In this document: piece after piece, positions 43,676-46,962 of the stretch
Layout: every line of letters starts with the position of its first letter
Numbering within the stretch: the stretch's first letter is position 1
Origin: an uncultured Deferribacteres bacterium
GTDB lineage: Bacteria; Zhuqueibacterota; Zhuqueibacteria; Zhuqueibacterales; Geothermadaptataceae
Assembly: GCA_964014485.1 (NCBI GenBank)
Contig: CAXHAT010000040.1
Span: forward strand, 1 to 46,962
Length of the DNA: 46,962 bases
Direction of reading: 5' to 3'
Position numbers and translations under genes: made by a program
Notes under the pieces: model-generated
Database searches by the model: none
What the model saw: only the letters and a program-made list of their open reading frames with translations
What the model was told of the DNA's origin: nothing

Positions 43676-45910
43676 ATGCAATCCACTGCGTCTGATCACG
43701 ATATTCAAAAGATCGTTTCCGCTGATCATTACCTGCCAAACGAAATCTTGGGCGTGCATGAGCTTGAAAAAAACGGCTCTGCGTGCGTTTCTATCCGTGC
43801 ATTCGTTCCCGGCGCGAAATCACTGCAGGTCGTTCCGGAAGCAAAAAGCACAGAACCTGTAGAGATGTTGAAATTACACGAAAACGGCTTTTTTGAAGCT
43901 GTTTTCCACTCTCGCCGCAAGAAATTCAAATACTATTTCAAGGCGTCCGGTTTTTCAGACCATGTTTGGGAATTTCAAGACGCATATCGGTTTCCTTCCA
44001 TTTTTTCAGAACAGGACAAGCATCTGTTCAACGAAGGGAAATTAACGCGTCTTTATGAAAAACTTGGCGCGCAGATTATGGAATTGGCAGGCGTCAAAGG
44101 CGTTTGTTTTTCCGTTTGGGCGCCCAATGCAAGGCGCGTCAGCGTCGTGGGGAATTTCAACTCCTGGGACGGTCGCTTGCACATGATGAACGCCGTCGGG
44201 CAAACCGGCGTGTGGGAGCTTTTTATCCCCGGAATTGACGCCGGCGAAATTTATAAGTTCGAGATAAAAACCCAGGAAGGCGCGCTGAGAATCAAAACCG
44301 ATCCAATGGCGTTTCGCGGTGAATTGCGCCCCGCAAATGCGTCGATTACACACGCTTTGGGGCGGTATCAGTGGGGCGACGAAAATTGGCTTCAAGAACG
44401 AAAAAATCAAAAGCCGTTGAAGCGGCCGACGACAATTTATGAGGTGCATCTCGGTTCATGGAAACGCCGCGCGGAAGAAAATAATCGCGTTCTCAATTAT
44501 CGCGAATTGGCGCATGAACTGGCGGATTACGTTTTAGACTTGGGGTACACGCACATTGAACTCATGCCTGTCGCGGAGCATCCGTACGACGGCTCGTGGG
44601 GCTATCAAGTCACCGGATACTACGCGCCGACAAGCCGCTACGGCCCGCCTGATGATTTCAAATATTTCGTCGATCATATACACCAAAAGGGAATCGGCGT
44701 CATTCTGGATTGGGTGCCGGCGCATTTCCCGAAAGACGATTTTGCACTGCGTTTTTTTGACGGTACAGCGCTTTATGAGCATGAAGATCCGCGTAAAGGG
44801 GAGCACCCCGATTGGGGCACGCTCATTTTCAATTATGGGCGCAACGAAGTCCGAAATTTTTTGATTTCGAATGCGCTTTTCTGGTTCGACGAGTACCACA
44901 TCGACGGCCTGCGTGTGGATGCGGTCGCTTCCATGCTTTATCTTGACTATTCTCGCGAAGGCGATGAGTGGCTGCCGAATCAATTTGGCGGACGGGAGAA
45001 TCTCGAAGCCATTGAATTCATGCAAAAGTTAAGCGAAACGGTCTGCGCCGAATTCCCGGATGCGTTGATGATTGCGGAAGAATCGACCTCGTGGCCAAAC
45101 GTTTCCAAACCGACTTATATCGGCGGCCTGGGCTTCCATTTCAAGTGGAACATGGGGTGGATGAACGATTTTCTTGAGTACATGAGCCAAGACCCGGTAC
45201 ATAAAAAATTTCATCACAATGAGCTGACTTTTAGCCTGTGGTACGCTTTTTCAGAGAATTTCATTTTGGTGCTTTCCCACGATGAAGTCGTGCATGGAAA
45301 GGGTTCGTTGATTGGAAAAATGCCCGGCGACGAGTGGCAAAAGTTTGCGAACCTTCGTTTGCTTTATGCTATGATGTATGCGCATCCCGGCAAAAAACTG
45401 CTGTTTATGGGCGGTGAATTTGGGCAGTGGAACGAGTGGAATGCAACCGAAAGCCTGGATTGGGGACTCCTTGGATTTGAGAAGCACGGGCAGTTGCGGG
45501 ATTGCGTTCGCGAGTTGAACAAAATCTATTCGCAGAACTGCGCCATGTGGCAAAGAGATGCGGAACCCGAAGGTTTTCAATGGATAGATTATCAGGATGC
45601 AGATCACAGCGTCATCGCTCTGATGCGCAAGGGCGACGATCCGAATGATTTTGTTGTGGTCGTCTGCAATTTCACGCCGGTGCCGCGATTTAACTACCAC
45701 ATCGGCGTGCCGGAATCCGGTTTTTATGACGAGATTTTTAACTCAGATTCAGAAATGTACGGGGGGAGCAATTTAGGGAATTATGGCGGCGTGAAGGCAA
45801 ACAGCCAACCGGAGCACGGTTTTGACTTCTCGCTCAGCATTACGCTGCCACCTTTGTGCGCGGTTTACTTTAAGCCAAGGCGGGATAAAACGCGCGAAAA
45901 ACAAGGATGA
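43676..45910 (+). CDS. glgB: 1,4-alpha-glucan branching enzyme (GH13)
   Basis: FSVWAPNA, IYEVHLGSW, SWGYQ, DWVPAHF, GLRVDAVASM, IAEEST and LSHDEVVHGK. Start set at ATG 43676. Confidence 0.97.
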   Translation: MQSTASDHDIQKIVSADHYLPNEILGVHELEKNGSACVSIRAFVPGAKSLQVVPEAKSTEPVEMLKLHENGFFEAVFHSRRKKFKYYFKASGFSDHVWEFQDAYRFPSIFSEQDKHLFNEGKLTRLYEKLGAQIMELAGVKGVCFSVWAPNARRVSVVGNFNSWDGRLHMMNAVGQTGVWELFIPGIDAGEIYKFEIKTQEGALRIKTDPMAFRGELRPANASITHALGRYQWGDENWLQERKNQKPLKRPTTIYEVHLGSWKRRAEENNRVLNYRELAHELADYVLDLGYTHIELMPVAEHPYDGSWGYQVTGYYAPTSRYGPPDDFKYFVDHIHQKGIGVILDWVPAHFPKDDFALRFFDGTALYEHEDPRKGEHPDWGTLIFNYGRNEVRNFLISNALFWFDEYHIDGLRVDAVASMLYLDYSREGDEWLPNQFGGRENLEAIEFMQKLSETVCAEFPDALMIAEESTSWPNVSKPTYIGGLGFHFKWNMGWMNDFLEYMSQDPVHKKFHHNELTFSLWYAFSENFILVLSHDEVVHGKGSLIGKMPGDEWQKFANLRLLYAMMYAHPGKKLLFMGGEFGQWNEWNATESLDWGLLGFEKHGQLRDCVRELNKIYSQNCAMWQRDAEPEGFQWIDYQDADHSVIALMRKGDDPNDFVVVVCNFTPVPRFNYHIGVPESGFYDEIFNSDSEMYGGSNLGNYGGVKANSQPEHGFDFSLSITLPPLCAVYFKPRRDKTREKQG

Positions 45911-45952
45911 AAAAAACAGTTTGTGCAGCTTTGTATTTGAAGGAGACTTGAG

Positions 45953-46378
45953 ATGACAAAAATTGACCGCGAAATCTCAATCGCATCGAGTCCGGAACAA
46001 ATCTGGCCGTGGATGGACATTCTAAAATGGCCGGAGTTCTCAGACATTTTCACTGAAGTTTCTCTCGATAACGGCAACGTTGCCTTGGGGGCAAAAGCGC
46101 AAATTACTGCCGGGCCTGGTGAAGAAAAAGTGAATTACTCCGCCCAAATTACGGCTTTTCAGCCTTCCAAAAAGCTGGCCTATTCCAGAAGCGGCGGTCC
46201 TTTGCCCGGGGATAGCGAATGGGAAATTTTACCTGCGGAAAACGGAAGCACGGTGATTTATCGCAATTCGTTCGATCACGCTCTGGCTGAGCCTGTCAAA
46301 GAGTCGATGGCAAAAACTATGGAGCGTTTTTTAGCGCAAATTAAGAAGGTGGCGGAAAATAGCCAAGTTAAAGCCTGA
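45953..46378 (+). CDS. SRPBCC (polyketide cyclase/dehydrase-like) family protein
   Basis: RBS AAGGAG; I-x-R-E-I-S-I-A-S-S-P-E-Q-I-W...W-P start; GSTV...C-terminal helix. Confidence 0.8.
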   Translation: MTKIDREISIASSPEQIWPWMDILKWPEFSDIFTEVSLDNGNVALGAKAQITAGPGEEKVNYSAQITAFQPSKKLAYSRSGGPLPGDSEWEILPAENGSTVIYRNSFDHALAEPVKESMAKTMERFLAQIKKVAENSQVKA

Positions 46379-46716
46379 CGGTTCTCTCGCAGAGCGTTTG
46401 TATTCGCGCATTGGAGTATTCTGAGAATAGATTTTTGCGTTTTTTTATAAATGCATGTATAGATCATGAGTTAAACCTTCCGCCAGGTGTAGGCTCGTTA
46501 CGTTGAGCGACTGGAGACGCTAGGATTTGCGGCTGACGGAGGCGTTAAACAACTACATCGCGCAATTCGCCCTACCTGCCGGGATGCTGTATTCTTTACT
46601 TGCAAACTTTGGCTGCGAACGAAGCTCAATAATTGCCGACAAGGCTTTGAAACTTGCGCTTGACGACCAGGGCGATAATCTAAACCAAATTTGTGTTCTT
46701 ACCCAGGGACGATTAG

Positions 46717-46917
46717 ATGAACATTCTCGGAATCTCAGCATTTTATCACGACAGCGCCGCCTGCCTGATTCAGGACGGCAAAGTGGTCGCTGCGGCTCAG
46801 GAAGAGCGATTTACACGTAAGAAGCACGATTTCAATTTTCCTGCTTTAGCCGTTGAATATTGCTTGAAAGAAGCCGGCATTTCCAACAAAGATTTGAATT
46901 ATGTCGCATTTTATGAC
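46717..46917 (+). CDS. Carbamoyltransferase (NodU/CmcH family), N-terminal fragment truncated by the contig end
   Basis: MNILGISAFYHDSAACL..DG..VAAAQEERFTRKKHD.NFP. The final LSLIHI* comes from the adapter. Confidence 0.9.
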
Positions 46918-46962
46918 CTGTCTCTTATACACATCTGACGCTGCCGACGAGCTTCTTGGTGT
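46918..46962 (+). other. Untrimmed Illumina Nextera adapter (sequencing artefact)
   Basis: CTGTCTCTTATACACATCT (Tn5 mosaic end) + GACGCTGCCGACGA + 8-nt index-like GCTTCTTG + GTGT. Confidence 0.97.

Noticed and set aside
46470..46600. Possible tmRNA or other ncRNA
   Set aside because: No tRNA-like acceptor or T-arm and no convincing tag reading frame.
46918..46936. IS50/Tn5 transposon end
   Set aside because: It is the synthetic mosaic end followed by Illumina adapter sequence at the contig terminus.

Overview
This is a 47-kb bacterial chromosomal or contig segment with about 40 protein-coding genes. No rRNA, tRNA or CRISPR array was seen. Gene content points to an FCB-group organism such as candidate phylum KSB1 or a Calditrichota/Ignavibacteria relative (inference): DUF6029, DUF4835/PorD, a PorV-like barrel, a HhH barrel protein and a FlgD/T9SS-type sorting domain. 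Main highlights: (1) A selenoprotein that the ORF caller split in two (7777-8634, minus strand), with a signal peptide, a redoxin domain with a U-G-P-C motif, a SECIS-like hairpin and a T9SS/FlgD C-terminal domain. (2) An unusual phosphate-uptake operon preceded by a Pho-box-like array. It has PhoU fused to a catalytically dead ArsC/LMW-PTP domain, an embedded polyphosphate glucokinase, and two PstB ATPases with complementary motif losses that predict one active and one degenerate ATP site. (3) A MITE family with 12-bp terminal inverted repeats and 7-bp target duplications, carrying unrelated nested palindromic cargo, plus many other REP-like intergenic elements. (4) An uncharacterised operon of an aldo/keto reductase (His->Ala), an NhaC-family transporter and a TIGR04076 protein. 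(5) An AT-rich Abi_C/HEPN-like putative defence gene. The last 45 bp are an untrimmed Nextera adapter. All family assignments come from motif recognition by eye, not database searches.
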